DNA of 64,000 nucleotides from Longimicrobiales bacterium. GTDB taxonomy: Bacteria; Gemmatimonadota; Gemmatimonadetes; Longimicrobiales; Gaopeijiaceae. The DNA is taken from assembly GCA_965238005.1 (NCBI GenBank), contig OZ250165.1:3008001-3072000 (forward strand), in the 5' to 3' direction. The notes under the pieces are model-generated. The model was not told the origin of the DNA. It made no database searches and saw only the letters and a program-made list of their open reading frames with translations. The position numbers were made by a program, and so were the translations under genes. This document shows positions 1-9,508 of the stretch, piece by piece. Each line of letters starts with the position of its first letter. The stretch's first letter is position 1.

Positions 1-78
1 CACGATGCCACTTCCGAAGAGCAGAACCAGCGCGACTCCGACCACCGCCCTCGCCCGGAACACCCTCTTGACGGCCAT
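1..78 (-). CDS. 5' end of a hypothetical membrane/secreted protein (runs off window)
   Basis: ATG at 78 overlaps the TGA of the upstream ORF (TGATG); translates MAVKRVFRARAVVGVALVLLFGSGIV, a hydrophobic N-terminus. Confidence 0.55.
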   Translation of the reverse strand, partial: MAVKRVFRARAVVGVALVLLFGSGIV

Positions 79-491
79 CAGTATATCTCTCCGGTCAGGA
101 GGAAAACGCCCTTTTCTTCCTCCATCGCCATGAAGTCCGGTAGGGTCCAATCCTCGAGCTCCTGCGTGAGGATCTCCTCTGGACCTGCGGACACCGTCAA
201 TGCGGTCCGCCGACCCTGAGAGAGCAACACCGCCGCCACTGCGGCGGCCACCGCAGCCGCCGGAACCACGACTCTCGCCCACGACTGCACGACGTCCAAT
301 ACCGTGAATTCCGCCATCCCGCGTCGTCGCCTCAGCTCGTCAGCGGCTCTCGTCATCACACGGAACCGGAATCGGGCCCAGTAGCCCGAGTCCCCGTGGC
401 CAGGATCGAGGATCCCGAGGTCGTACCCGGGACCCGAACATCCCTCGCCTTCGTGGAGGCCTGAACGGCCTCGTCGACCGTTGTTCGTCAT
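78..491 (-). CDS. Hypothetical single-TM protein, possible anti-sigma factor
   Basis: ATGA overlap with ECF sigma gene; one hydrophobic stretch VVVPAAAVAAAVAAVLL. Confidence 0.55.
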   Translation of the reverse strand: MTNNGRRGRSGLHEGEGCSGPGYDLGILDPGHGDSGYWARFRFRVMTRAADELRRRRGMAEFTVLDVVQSWARVVVPAAAVAAAVAAVLLSQGRRTALTVSAGPEEILTQELEDWTLPDFMAMEEEKGVFLLTGEIY

Positions 492-1072
492 GCTCTCTCC
501 ATAGTACGCGCTGTGTCCGCCTTGTATTCGGACAGGCTCAAATCCTTCTGGAGCGCTCTCCTGGCAAAGTGGAGGTGCGAGCGCACAGTACCGGACGGAA
601 TCCCCAATCGCTCAGCAATCTCCCGATGCTTCCACCCCTCGAGGTCGTGCAATAGCACGATCTCTCGCTGGACCTCAGGCAGGCTTCGGAGAGCCTTCGA
701 GAGCCTCTCCACCAACTCGACCTCCTCGGCAACCCGCTCGGGGGTCGGTCCTTTCGCCAGAGCCACTGCAGGAACGGGATCCGTTCCGCGGAGAACTTCC
801 CGCCGAACGAGGTTGCGGGACCGATTCCTCACGATGGTCATGAGCCATCCCGCGAATCGGTCGGGGCTCCTGCACTCCTCCAGCCGCTCGAGAGCGACCA
901 TGAAGGCCTCCTGCGCCGCGTCCTCGGCGTCCTCATGCCTTCCGGTGACCGAGAGCGCCACCGCGTAAGCGACACGCATATGCCGATCCACAAGTGCCCC
1001 GAAGGCCGCGCCACTGCCGGCGCGCGCCCTGCGAACCAACTCCGGATCCGAGACTTGTTCCGTCACACCCAT
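488..1072 (-). CDS. RNA polymerase sigma-70 factor, ECF subfamily
   Basis: Region 2 DAEDAAQEAF..FAGWLMTIVRN and region 4 LPEVQREIVLLHDLEGWKHREIAERLGIPSGTVRSHL; start taken at MGVTEQ. Confidence 0.92.
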   Translation of the reverse strand: MGVTEQVSDPELVRRARAGSGAAFGALVDRHMRVAYAVALSVTGRHEDAEDAAQEAFMVALERLEECRSPDRFAGWLMTIVRNRSRNLVRREVLRGTDPVPAVALAKGPTPERVAEEVELVERLSKALRSLPEVQREIVLLHDLEGWKHREIAERLGIPSGTVRSHLHFARRALQKDLSLSEYKADTARTMERA

Positions 1073-1257
1073 GGAGACACCGCTACCGCCCGTCGTGTTG
1101 AGCCCTTTTGATCCCCTGAATCTCACTGAACCGTGGGCCTGAGGCAAAAACAAGAGACTCCTCGAGGCCCAGGAGTGTTAACTGGATGGCGCTCGGCGTG
1201 ATCGAGGCCCTATTCGCGCCCCTTGCGGGCTTCGGGTTTGGGAGGGGCCTCCGAGGG

Positions 1258-1797
1258 CTAGTCAGGGGAGGACGCCTCCTTTGCCGACGACAGCAGGTTG
1301 TTCAGGTCCGACTCGAACAAATCCTCCATGGACGTACCTGGAAAGAGGGCCTCCCGCTCCGCGACCAGCGGATTGCCGGCCCTGTAGAACGTGAGGTGGA
1401 GAAGTGGTGCGCCCGCGTCGGAGGCCGATCCCGCCGAAGTCTGCCCGGAGAGGCGGACGATCCACTCGACCCCTTCGCTCGTGAACTGGCGAGAAGGAAG
1501 GTCATCCACCGCCGTCGGCTCCAGGGCCTGCCCATCCAGGGCATCGCGAGCCGGGACCGGGGTGGGCCGCCCCTTCCCCCGACCGCGTCCCCTCCCCCGA
1601 GAACGACCCTCGTCTCGTTGGCCCCCCGGGCGTTCCCGCTGGCCCCGTATCCCGGGCGCAGGGTGCTCCGGTGGAGCTCCCGCCCGGGACTCGTCCGGGC
1701 GCCGGGGGGAGCTCGGGCGTGGCTCTCCAACCACCTCCCGTATGGGAGTCGGCTTCGCTCCCTTACCCTCGCCGCTCTTTCGATCGCTGCCGTCCAT
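1258..1797 (-). CDS. Hypothetical protein (disordered N-terminus, small folded C-terminal domain)
   Basis: C-terminal part RQFTSEGVEWIVRLSG..LLHLTF looks globular; co-oriented with the sigma gene. Confidence 0.55.
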   Translation of the reverse strand: MDGSDRKSGEGKGAKPTPIREVVGEPRPSSPRRPDESRAGAPPEHPAPGIRGQRERPGGQRDEGRSRGRGRGRGKGRPTPVPARDALDGQALEPTAVDDLPSRQFTSEGVEWIVRLSGQTSAGSASDAGAPLLHLTFYRAGNPLVAEREALFPGTSMEDLFESDLNNLLSSAKEASSPD

Positions 1798-1938
1798 AGC
1801 CGTCAAGATGGCCCTGTCCGCCGGGCTTCGCCATTGACCTCCCTGAGGAACCGCGCACGAAACTCTCGACTTACGTCCTAATCTGGAGTCATGTTACAGG
1901 GTTAGCGAGGCGAATCCGCCCGATTCATCGGTAGGCGT

Positions 1939-2415
1939 ATGACCGAAGGCACCCTCAAGACCGCAGATGCGAAGCGGGAGTACGGGCAGCTGCTGCACCT
2001 TCACGCCCGGCTGCTCGGTAAGCTTCAGTCGATCCGTGATGATCTCGCCGCGCCGGGAACGGGTGCGATAATCCGATTCATTCGGCGCCGGACCGGCTCA
2101 TCCCCGAACGAGGGTCTCACCGAAATCGCCGCGGCCGTGGAGGAAGCGATTCGGGCGCTCAAGTTGAGCGAGTCGAAGGTTCGCGAAGAGATCATGGCGG
2201 ACCACGAGCATGCCGAAGTGGAAGGGATCTCGAACCTGCCCGCGCCCCTAGCCCGATTCCTTGCTGAGCGTCAGGAGTTCCCAGGCTTCTCGTACGATGT
2301 AATCCAGGACGTGAATCGCGGGTGGATCATCCGCTGGAAGGAGCTCACCGACTCCGGCAGCGTGCGCGGGTCGGGTCAGTTCTACGAGCGGCCGTACGCC
2401 TGGCTGGACGACTAG
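1939..2415 (+). CDS. Hypothetical protein
   Basis: 158-aa ORF with protein-like composition, convergent with the HNH gene. Confidence 0.65.
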   Translation: MTEGTLKTADAKREYGQLLHLHARLLGKLQSIRDDLAAPGTGAIIRFIRRRTGSSPNEGLTEIAAAVEEAIRALKLSESKVREEIMADHEHAEVEGISNLPAPLARFLAERQEFPGFSYDVIQDVNRGWIIRWKELTDSGSVRGSGQFYERPYAWLDD

Positions 2416-2990
2416 GGAACCTGGTCTCGGATCCTCACCCGGCCCGCCCGGAGGGTCGACAGCACGTCCTCACCGTAGAACATGCGGATGTACTTGGCCT
2501 GGGCCTCCGTAACACGACGGACGGTCCACACCAGACGCACGTAGTTCGGTTCTCTCGGCTCCGCCAAGAGCCTCATTCCCGCTTCTCGAGGCCGGCGATT
2601 CCCCTTCCGGTTGTTACACGGCGAGCAGGAGGTGACCACGTTCTGCCACGAGTTGTCCCCGCCCCGGGACATGGGAAGGATGTGGTCCCGAGTCAGGAAC
2701 TGCCGGCCCTTGAGCTGCCCACGGTGACGCCCGCAGTACTGGCACTGGTAGTTGTCACGCGCGAACAGGAATGTGTTGGTCACCTGCCGGCGGAATCGCC
2801 TCGGGACGTGTACGTAGCGGACCAGGCGAATGACGGTCGGGAACGGCAGCTCCCTCCGCGGCGAGCGAAACGAACGCTCGTCATCCGTCTCGAGAATCTC
2901 CGCCTTCCGATCGATGACCAGCCGGATGGCCCGGCGAGCCGGGATAATGGTAAGCGGCTCGTATGACGCGTTTAGGGCCAGACAACCCAT
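2412..2990 (-). CDS. HNH endonuclease (McrA-like)
   Basis: CLALNASYEPL N-terminus; RDNYQCQYCG..TRDHILPMSRGG..NVVTSCSPCNNRKG. Confidence 0.9.
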   Translation of the reverse strand: MGCLALNASYEPLTIIPARRAIRLVIDRKAEILETDDERSFRSPRRELPFPTVIRLVRYVHVPRRFRRQVTNTFLFARDNYQCQYCGRHRGQLKGRQFLTRDHILPMSRGGDNSWQNVVTSCSPCNNRKGNRRPREAGMRLLAEPREPNYVRLVWTVRRVTEAQAKYIRMFYGEDVLSTLRAGRVRIRDQVP

Positions 2991-3176
2991 GGCTCTGGAA
3001 TCCCTCCACCGACGATTCCGACAGGGGCCCTCGGGCCCGAACACTGCACTAGTACCCGCGAAGGCACGCAGAGGCTCCTCAGACGGGCAGATACAACGCA
3101 ACAGATACGCTGAACCGCCGGCGACCGCTAGAGGACTGTTGTCTCACTTCTTCAACGGGCTTCTATAGCCGGGCTT

Positions 3177-5630
3177 CTATAGCAGTGCTGTGGGATCCCG
3201 GTCGATGGCCATACGAACGTCACGACCCCGAGGACGGAATCCGGTCTGAAGCGTGCGGGACGCCTCTCCGAGCGCCCTCGCCGAGGCGCTCCGGAGCATG
3301 AAGTGCCAGCGCCAGCGCCGGTGAAGGCGTTCGATGGGCGAGGGCGCCGGTCCGATCAGGTCCAGAGCCGACCCAGGATGGAATCGCCCCCGGAGCCAGC
3401 GCGCCGCGGCTTCCGCGTTCCGGGCGGCGTCATCGGCGTCGGGGCTGCTCACGACGACGTTCACGAGCCGAACCACCGGGGGGTAAGCCGGGTCGCTCCG
3501 TTCCGCCATCTCCCGACGGGCGAACGCTTCGTAGTCGTGGTCCAGGACTGCCTGGATGGCATAGTGGCCCGGGAGGGACGTCTGGACGAGCACCTCGCCC
3601 CCCAGCTCCCCACGTCCGGCGCGGCCGGCCACCTGACTCAGGAGCTGGAAGGTCCGCTCGCTCGCCCTGAAGTCGGGCATGTGAATGCCCACGTCGGCAT
3701 TCACTACACCCACCAGCGTCACGCGGGGGAAGTCTAGACCCTTGGCGATCATCTGCGTGCCGAGGAGGATGTCCACCTCGCCCCGTTCGACACGGCCCAG
3801 GATCTCGTGGTGGGACCACTTTCCCGAGGTCGTGTCCACGTCCATGCGCGCGATCCGCGCACTGGGGAATGTCTCGGCGACGACCGTCTCGACCTGCTCC
3901 GTTCCGAGTCCCCGGAACGAGAGGTCCGTGGAGCCACAGCGAGGACACCGGGAGGGCGCTGGCACCTCGTGCCGGCAGTGATGGCACACGAGACGGTTGG
4001 TCACTCGATGATACGTAAGCGAGATGGAGCAGTGGGAGCAGCTCTCGACGTCCCCGCACTCGCGGCACTGGACGAAGGAGGAGTATCCACGACGGTTCAG
4101 TAGGAGAATGGTCTGCTCATTCCGTTCGAGCCGACAGCGTACCGCCTCCACGAGCGGGGGAGTCAGCACGACACCGCCTTCGCTTCGCACAGCCCCGTCC
4201 GAGCTCTTCCTGCGACGCTCTGCCCGGAGGTCCACCAGTCGGACCGGCGGGAGACTGCCTCCTCCGACACGATCCGGGAGCGAGATGCGGCTGAACTTCC
4301 CCCGCTCCACGTTGTGCCAGCTCTCCAGGGAGGGCGTAGCGCTCCCCAGAACGCAGAGGGCGCCCTCCTGGAAGGCCCTCACCACCGCCAGATCTCGGGC
4401 GTGATACCGGGGAGCCTCGCTTTGCTTGTAGCTGCCGTCGTGCTCCTCGTCCACCACGACGACGCCCAGATCCGCCACCGGCGCGAACACGGCCGAGCGG
4501 GCTCCCACTGCGATGCGTCGACGGCCGGCGCGTAGCTGCCGCCAGGCGTCGTAGCGCTCGCCGTCCGAAAGGGCCGAGTGGAGCACCGCCACCTCATCGC
4601 CGAAGCGGGCTCGGAAGCGGGCCACGGTCTGGGGCGTCAAGGAGATCTCGGGTACGAGGACAATGGCTCCGCCCCCGTTGGCGAGCACGTGATGCAGCAG
4701 CTCGATGTACACGAGCGTCTTTCCCGACCCGGTCACGCCGTGGAGGACGAACGGCTCCGAGGGTCCCCCGTCGACCGTGTCGATGAGTGCTTGGATCGCC
4801 GCGGCCTGCCGGTTCGTGGGTGTGTGCCTAGGCCCCTCCTCCACCGGGATCCGTGCGAACGGGTCACGCCCTACCTCGCGCTCCTCGACCACGACCAGCT
4901 CCTTCTCTTCCAGACCACGGACCACGCTGCGGCTGAACCCGGCCTGCTTGGTGAGATGTGCCAGCTCCACCGTCCCTCCGGACGCCGCCAGGGCTTGATA
5001 GGCCTCGGCCTGACGCCGGGCTCGGCCGAGGAGCCCATCGAGCTCCTCCAGATCCTCGATCCACCGGAGCAGCCGCACGATCCTCTCCGTCTTCACCGGA
5101 GGGGGCCGGGGCGGAAGCGTCTCGTGACTCAGGACCCCCCGGGCCGACAGAGAGCGGATCTCCGGCCAGATGTAACCCATGGCGAGGCCCTTGCGAAGAG
5201 CCCGGACGCTCTGCTGCCCCCCCTGGCCGGTGAGGGCCTCCACCAGTCGTTGCTCTCTGGGCTTGAGCTTCCCCGTCTCCCCTCCCGTCAGAGCGACAAC
5301 GTCGCGAGAAGCGTCGGAGAGCACCGCCGGGAGCATGGCTCGAAGGGCGATGCCCAAGGGTGCCACATAGTACTCCGCCATCCACCGGGCCAGGCGCAGC
5401 TGGGGGGGCGGCACGGCGGGCTCGGAATCCAGGACGGCGAGCACGGGTCTGATACCCTTCCGCCCCTGACTGCCAGCGGCTCCCACGACGAACCCGATGC
5501 GCTCGTCCTTTCGGAACGGCACGAGCACCCTGGTCCCCGGCTCGGGGGCGGGACCCGGCGTGGAATACGTGAAGGTCTGATCCAGTGGGAGTGGCAAAGC
5601 CACCTGGACGAACGAGGGCGAGGAGCTCAC
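3177..5630 (-). CDS. priA: Primosomal protein N' (replication restart helicase)
   Basis: HGVTGSGKT, LVPEISLTPQ, DEEH, LGSATPS, Cys-rich Zn motifs, GTQMIAKGLDFP, QVAGRAGR; probable GTG start at 5630. Confidence 0.96.
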   Translation of the reverse strand: MSSSPSFVQVALPLPLDQTFTYSTPGPAPEPGTRVLVPFRKDERIGFVVGAAGSQGRKGIRPVLAVLDSEPAVPPPQLRLARWMAEYYVAPLGIALRAMLPAVLSDASRDVVALTGGETGKLKPREQRLVEALTGQGGQQSVRALRKGLAMGYIWPEIRSLSARGVLSHETLPPRPPPVKTERIVRLLRWIEDLEELDGLLGRARRQAEAYQALAASGGTVELAHLTKQAGFSRSVVRGLEEKELVVVEEREVGRDPFARIPVEEGPRHTPTNRQAAAIQALIDTVDGGPSEPFVLHGVTGSGKTLVYIELLHHVLANGGGAIVLVPEISLTPQTVARFRARFGDEVAVLHSALSDGERYDAWRQLRAGRRRIAVGARSAVFAPVADLGVVVVDEEHDGSYKQSEAPRYHARDLAVVRAFQEGALCVLGSATPSLESWHNVERGKFSRISLPDRVGGGSLPPVRLVDLRAERRRKSSDGAVRSEGGVVLTPPLVEAVRCRLERNEQTILLLNRRGYSSFVQCRECGDVESCSHCSISLTYHRVTNRLVCHHCRHEVPAPSRCPRCGSTDLSFRGLGTEQVETVVAETFPSARIARMDVDTTSGKWSHHEILGRVERGEVDILLGTQMIAKGLDFPRVTLVGVVNADVGIHMPDFRASERTFQLLSQVAGRAGRGELGGEVLVQTSLPGHYAIQAVLDHDYEAFARREMAERSDPAYPPVVRLVNVVVSSPDADDAARNAEAAARWLRGRFHPGSALDLIGPAPSPIERLHRRWRWHFMLRSASARALGEASRTLQTGFRPRGRDVRMAIDRDPTALL

Positions 5631-5658
5631 CGATACGGAAGGATGCAGAGTGGTGGGG

Positions 5659-6855
5659 TCAGTCCAGTAACCGTAGAATCTCGTCCTGCCGCTCGCGCGG
5701 TGTGACCTCCGGGCCGTCGGCCCCAAAGTGCACGTTGATCTCGCTCCGGATGCCGACATCATTCGGCAGATAGACGCCGGGCTCGATGGAGAAGCCCACC
5801 CCGGGTACCAGAAAACGGTCGTCGCGTGTCTCGAGGTTGTCCAGGTTGGGGCCGCTGCCGTGAAGCTCCAGATCCATCGAGTGACCGGTGCGGTGCACGA
5901 AGAACTCGCCGAACCCGGACTCGACCAGGAACTCTCGGCAGACGTCGTCGACCTCGAAGCCGCGCACCCGACGCCCCTCGGCGTGGCAGTCGCCAAGAAA
6001 TTCGATGCCAGCCTCCCGGGAGCCACGGACCGCCTCCCAGATCGTCTGCACTCGCTCCGGCACTGAGCCCGCCAGTATTCCCATCCAGGTCTGGTCGGCC
6101 GGTACGCCACCCTCCGTCATCTTCCCCCAGAGATCGATGAGCAGGACCTCACCCTCGGCGATCACGGCTCCGGCGTCGCGGGGATCGTAGTGGGGATCGG
6201 CAGCATTGGGACCGACGGCCACATGGGTGTCCACGTCCACCCCCACGCCCCGACTCGTGAGCTCCGACCGAATCCAGGCGCCCAACTGGCCCTCGAGAAG
6301 AGGAGAGCCCTGGCGGACGTGATCCGCGGCTCTGGCGAAAGCGTCGAGAGCGACCTCTCGGACCGTCTCGGCCGAGGCCCGGTGCTCCTCGAGCTGCTCG
6401 TCTGACCACGCGGAGTAGAAGGTGGAGACCAGATCGCCCGAGCTCACGGGCTCGACGCCGACCTCCTTCAGCAGCTCCAGCATCCCCGCCGGAATCCGGT
6501 CGAGGGTGGGGACGCTCGATCGAGGGGACACCTCCATGGCGAGGCGCGTCCGGCCGTCGACCAGCTCGGCCAGCTTCGCCTCCATCTCGCGCCAGCCGGC
6601 GTAGTCCCTCTTCGCCCAGGGCCAATGCCGCCAGGAGGAGTGCTCGATGGCGTGAATCAGAGCGACCGGCTCGCCGTCGGCGGGCACCAGGGTGAAGGAC
6701 CGGCGAGTGGTCCAGTCCAGCCCCAGCATGGCGCTCGCCACCGGGTTCTGGCCGCGGAAATCGAAAAAGAGCCACCCATCCAGGTCGGCCGCCTTCAGAG
6801 CCGCCTGAACCAGGGCTACCTGCTCCGAATCGGTCATCGGGGCGATCTTGCTCAT
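5659..6855 (-). CDS. M24 family metallopeptidase (Xaa-Pro aminopeptidase-like)
   Basis: ADPHY, LLIDLWG, ADQTW, FVHRTGHS, FSIEPGVY, GIRSE. Confidence 0.9.
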   Translation of the reverse strand: MSKIAPMTDSEQVALVQAALKAADLDGWLFFDFRGQNPVASAMLGLDWTTRRSFTLVPADGEPVALIHAIEHSSWRHWPWAKRDYAGWREMEAKLAELVDGRTRLAMEVSPRSSVPTLDRIPAGMLELLKEVGVEPVSSGDLVSTFYSAWSDEQLEEHRASAETVREVALDAFARAADHVRQGSPLLEGQLGAWIRSELTSRGVGVDVDTHVAVGPNAADPHYDPRDAGAVIAEGEVLLIDLWGKMTEGGVPADQTWMGILAGSVPERVQTIWEAVRGSREAGIEFLGDCHAEGRRVRGFEVDDVCREFLVESGFGEFFVHRTGHSMDLELHGSGPNLDNLETRDDRFLVPGVGFSIEPGVYLPNDVGIRSEINVHFGADGPEVTPRERQDEILRLLD

Positions 6856-6947
6856 GTCACTCCCATCGCTCTGGGTTGTGGTCTCAAGACCGGGGCACCC
6901 GCGCCGAAGGCGTGGGTCGCGCGACCCACTGTACTCCTTCAACAGGC

Positions 6948-7907
6948 CTATGTGTCGGGGGCCGCCTCTCCACCGAACAGGGGGAGTCCGGTGACCTGCT
7001 CCACCTCCGTGGTGCCACCCGCTTCTTCGGTAGTAGACTGCCCCGCTTCGGCGGAAGCCAGGGAAGGATCGGCAGCCGCGACACCCCCCGGCTTCACACC
7101 CTTGACCAGGTCGAGCCCCAGGATGCGTTCCCGGGTGAGAAGCTTGTGCACCTCCCGCTCCCTGGCAATGGCGGTCCACACGCCACCCCATCCCCACCGG
7201 CGCTGTGCCCGCCGAAGAATCCCCAGCTTCTCGCCCACGCTGAACAGCTCCGCGAAGTCGGGGAATGGCTTCGCGATCTGGGGGCGGAACGCCGTCTCCT
7301 CGTCAGACCAGTCCTCCGTGTGGAGATGCTCCACTCCCGCCTCCCTCAAGATCCTTTTCCACTCCACAAGCATGAGGGGCCGGCAGCCGAGGTGATCGGA
7401 CAATACCGCTCGCCGCTCCGGATCGACCGGCGCCTTCCAGACCGGTTGGACGACCACCACCGTGGCCCCGGGCTTGGCCACCCGTACGAGCTCCTCCACG
7501 GCGGCCTCGGCCTCCACGTGAGACGTCAGGCCGAGCTCGGCCACTACCACGTCGAATATGCCATCGCGGAACGGGAGGCTGTCCATCTCGCCGGGCTGCA
7601 CGTGCACCCGCTCCAGCAATCCTACGGCGCGCAGCCGCTCTTCCGCCCGCCCCAGCAGGAGAGGGTCATCTTCCACGCCAGAGCCGTGGACATTGTGCTC
7701 GTTGACGAAGTACTCGAGAGTTACCGCGAGACCCGACGGGACCACCAGAACCTCATGACCCGCCTTCATCTCGGTAAGCAGGGCAATCTGGCGGTAGAGC
7801 TCCACTCCACCCGGCGGGAAGAGAGGTCTCCGACTCAGATGGATCAGGTCGAGCATGGACGGGACGCCCTTGTCGACCCGTGCCCGACCGTTCGTGTCTG
7901 GAGTCAT
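6948..7907 (-). CDS. Class I SAM-dependent methyltransferase-fold protein
   Basis: PPGGVELYRQI, GEMDSLPFRDGIFDVVV, ELVRVAKPGA; the Gly-rich motif I is degenerate. Confidence 0.75.
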   Translation of the reverse strand: MTPDTNGRARVDKGVPSMLDLIHLSRRPLFPPGGVELYRQIALLTEMKAGHEVLVVPSGLAVTLEYFVNEHNVHGSGVEDDPLLLGRAEERLRAVGLLERVHVQPGEMDSLPFRDGIFDVVVAELGLTSHVEAEAAVEELVRVAKPGATVVVVQPVWKAPVDPERRAVLSDHLGCRPLMLVEWKRILREAGVEHLHTEDWSDEETAFRPQIAKPFPDFAELFSVGEKLGILRRAQRRWGWGGVWTAIAREREVHKLLTRERILGLDLVKGVKPGGVAAADPSLASAEAGQSTTEEAGGTTEVEQVTGLPLFGGEAAPDT

Positions 7908-7915
7908 GCGGGAAG

Positions 7916-8431
7916 TTAGAAGACCGGCTCCTCCGCCGCATCCATCTCCCGAAGCGCCTCCTTCAGCCGGTCCTGGTCCTCGGCGGAGAGCTCGCGTTCC
8001 ACCCCCTCTACAGCCGAGGTCGGATTCCGCATGTAGCGGAGCGCGACGATCACCACACCGATCCCCAAGAGCAGCGCTCCCGGGGGCACGAGCCAGGCTA
8101 GCAATCCCCTGCCGGAGGCGCGTGGGTAGGCGAGGTACTCCTCGCCATGATTGGCGAGAACCCAACTCACTAGGTGGTCGGTGCTCCCGCCTGCTCGCGC
8201 CATGGCCTGCAGGCTGTCCCGCAGCAGCGCCCCCTGATACGAAGTGCACACCTCGAGCATGAGCCCGGGACAATATGGAGACTTGAGATGCGAAATGGCC
8301 TCGTCGGCCACGGGATGGGGCTCGACGGGATTCCTGAGCGCGTCGTCATCGTCCTGGGCCGTCAGGGGGATCACCGATGTGCCGAGCGCAGCCATCATCA
8401 CGAGGCCGCATGTCTGGAGGTTTCTCAGCAT
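7916..8431 (-). CDS. Cytochrome c biogenesis CcmH/CcmL-like protein
   Basis: Signal peptide, LKSPYCPGLMLEVC, WVLANHGEEYLAYP, LLAWLVP followed by a TM helix. Confidence 0.7.
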   Translation of the reverse strand: MLRNLQTCGLVMMAALGTSVIPLTAQDDDDALRNPVEPHPVADEAISHLKSPYCPGLMLEVCTSYQGALLRDSLQAMARAGGSTDHLVSWVLANHGEEYLAYPRASGRGLLAWLVPPGALLLGIGVVIVALRYMRNPTSAVEGVERELSAEDQDRLKEALREMDAAEEPVF

Positions 8432-8533
8432 CGTCGTGCCTTCACCAGTTGGTAGTTCGACCGTGGATTGTAGCAGAAGCGGGTCCCATCAACTACCCCG
8501 GAGGGGAGAGGAAAGAGCCACCCCTTCGGACCG

Positions 8534-9508
8534 TCAGTCCAGATCGGTGCCGGCGAGGGCCCGCAGCACCGCGGCCGTGCCGAGACCGGTCCGTATGGGA
8601 TCGTACCCGCCCTCCAGAGCAGCCACGATTCCGACATCGTCCCCGGTCCGCCCCATGAGGTCGCGTGTCAGTGCGTGGAGGTCCTCCGGCTCCAGCAGCA
8701 TTCCTCCGAGGGGATCGTCGGCCATGACGTCGAATCCAGCCGAGACCAGGACGAAATCCGGGCGACACGTCTCCAGCGCCTCATCCAGCGCCCCCGAGAA
8801 GTGGCTCCTGTACTCGTCGACGGGCGTCCCTGCCGGAAGGGGCACGTTGAGCGTCCACCCCTCCCCCTCCGCCTCGCCTCTCTCGTCGCTCCCGCCCGAT
8901 CCGGGATAGTGGGGCCACTGGTGCAGGGACATGTAGAAGACGGTGCCGTCGGAGTAGAAGATGTCCTGGGTCCCATTCCCGTGGTGCACGTCCCAATCCA
9001 CGATGAGCACCCGGTCCGCTCTCCCCGTGGCCTGGAGCCACCTGGCCGCGACGGCGACGTGGTTGATGAGGCAAAACCCCATGGCCCGGTCGTGAGTCGC
9101 ATGGTGGCCGGGCGGACGGGTCGCCACGAAGGCCGAAGCCAGGGTCCCGGCCGCCACTGCCTCCACGGCCGTGAGGAGCGCGCCTGACGACCCGATGGCC
9201 GCCCGCCACGACGCCGGAGAGACCACGGTATCGGGATCGAGTCGGATCAACGCGGAATCTCTCTCGGCCCGCTCGGCCGCGTCGCGGACGAGCGTCACGT
9301 GGTCGGACGAATGCACACGGAGTAGATCCTCTTCGGTCGCTTCCCCGGGCTCTACCTGGATGACCCTGTCGTGGAGCACGAGGAGGTCCCTCCCAACCGC
9401 CGAAGCCAGGGAGCGCAGCCGACCCTGGTGCTCCGGGTGCCCCCAGCCCGTGTCGTGGAGTGGTGAGGCAGGGTGAAGGAGGAAGCCTACCGGGGAAGGA
9501 TCAGCCAC
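8534..9508 (-). CDS. Histone deacetylase / AcuC-AphA family protein
   Basis: [46 protein letters not shown]. Confidence 0.93.
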   Translation of the reverse strand: MADPSPVGFLLHPASPLHDTGWGHPEHQGRLRSLASAVGRDLLVLHDRVIQVEPGEATEEDLLRVHSSDHVTLVRDAAERAERDSALIRLDPDTVVSPASWRAAIGSSGALLTAVEAVAAGTLASAFVATRPPGHHATHDRAMGFCLINHVAVAARWLQATGRADRVLIVDWDVHHGNGTQDIFYSDGTVFYMSLHQWPHYPGSGGSDERGEAEGEGWTLNVPLPAGTPVDEYRSHFSGALDEALETCRPDFVLVSAGFDVMADDPLGGMLLEPEDLHALTRDLMGRTGDDVGIVAALEGGYDPIRTGLGTAAVLRALAGTDLD

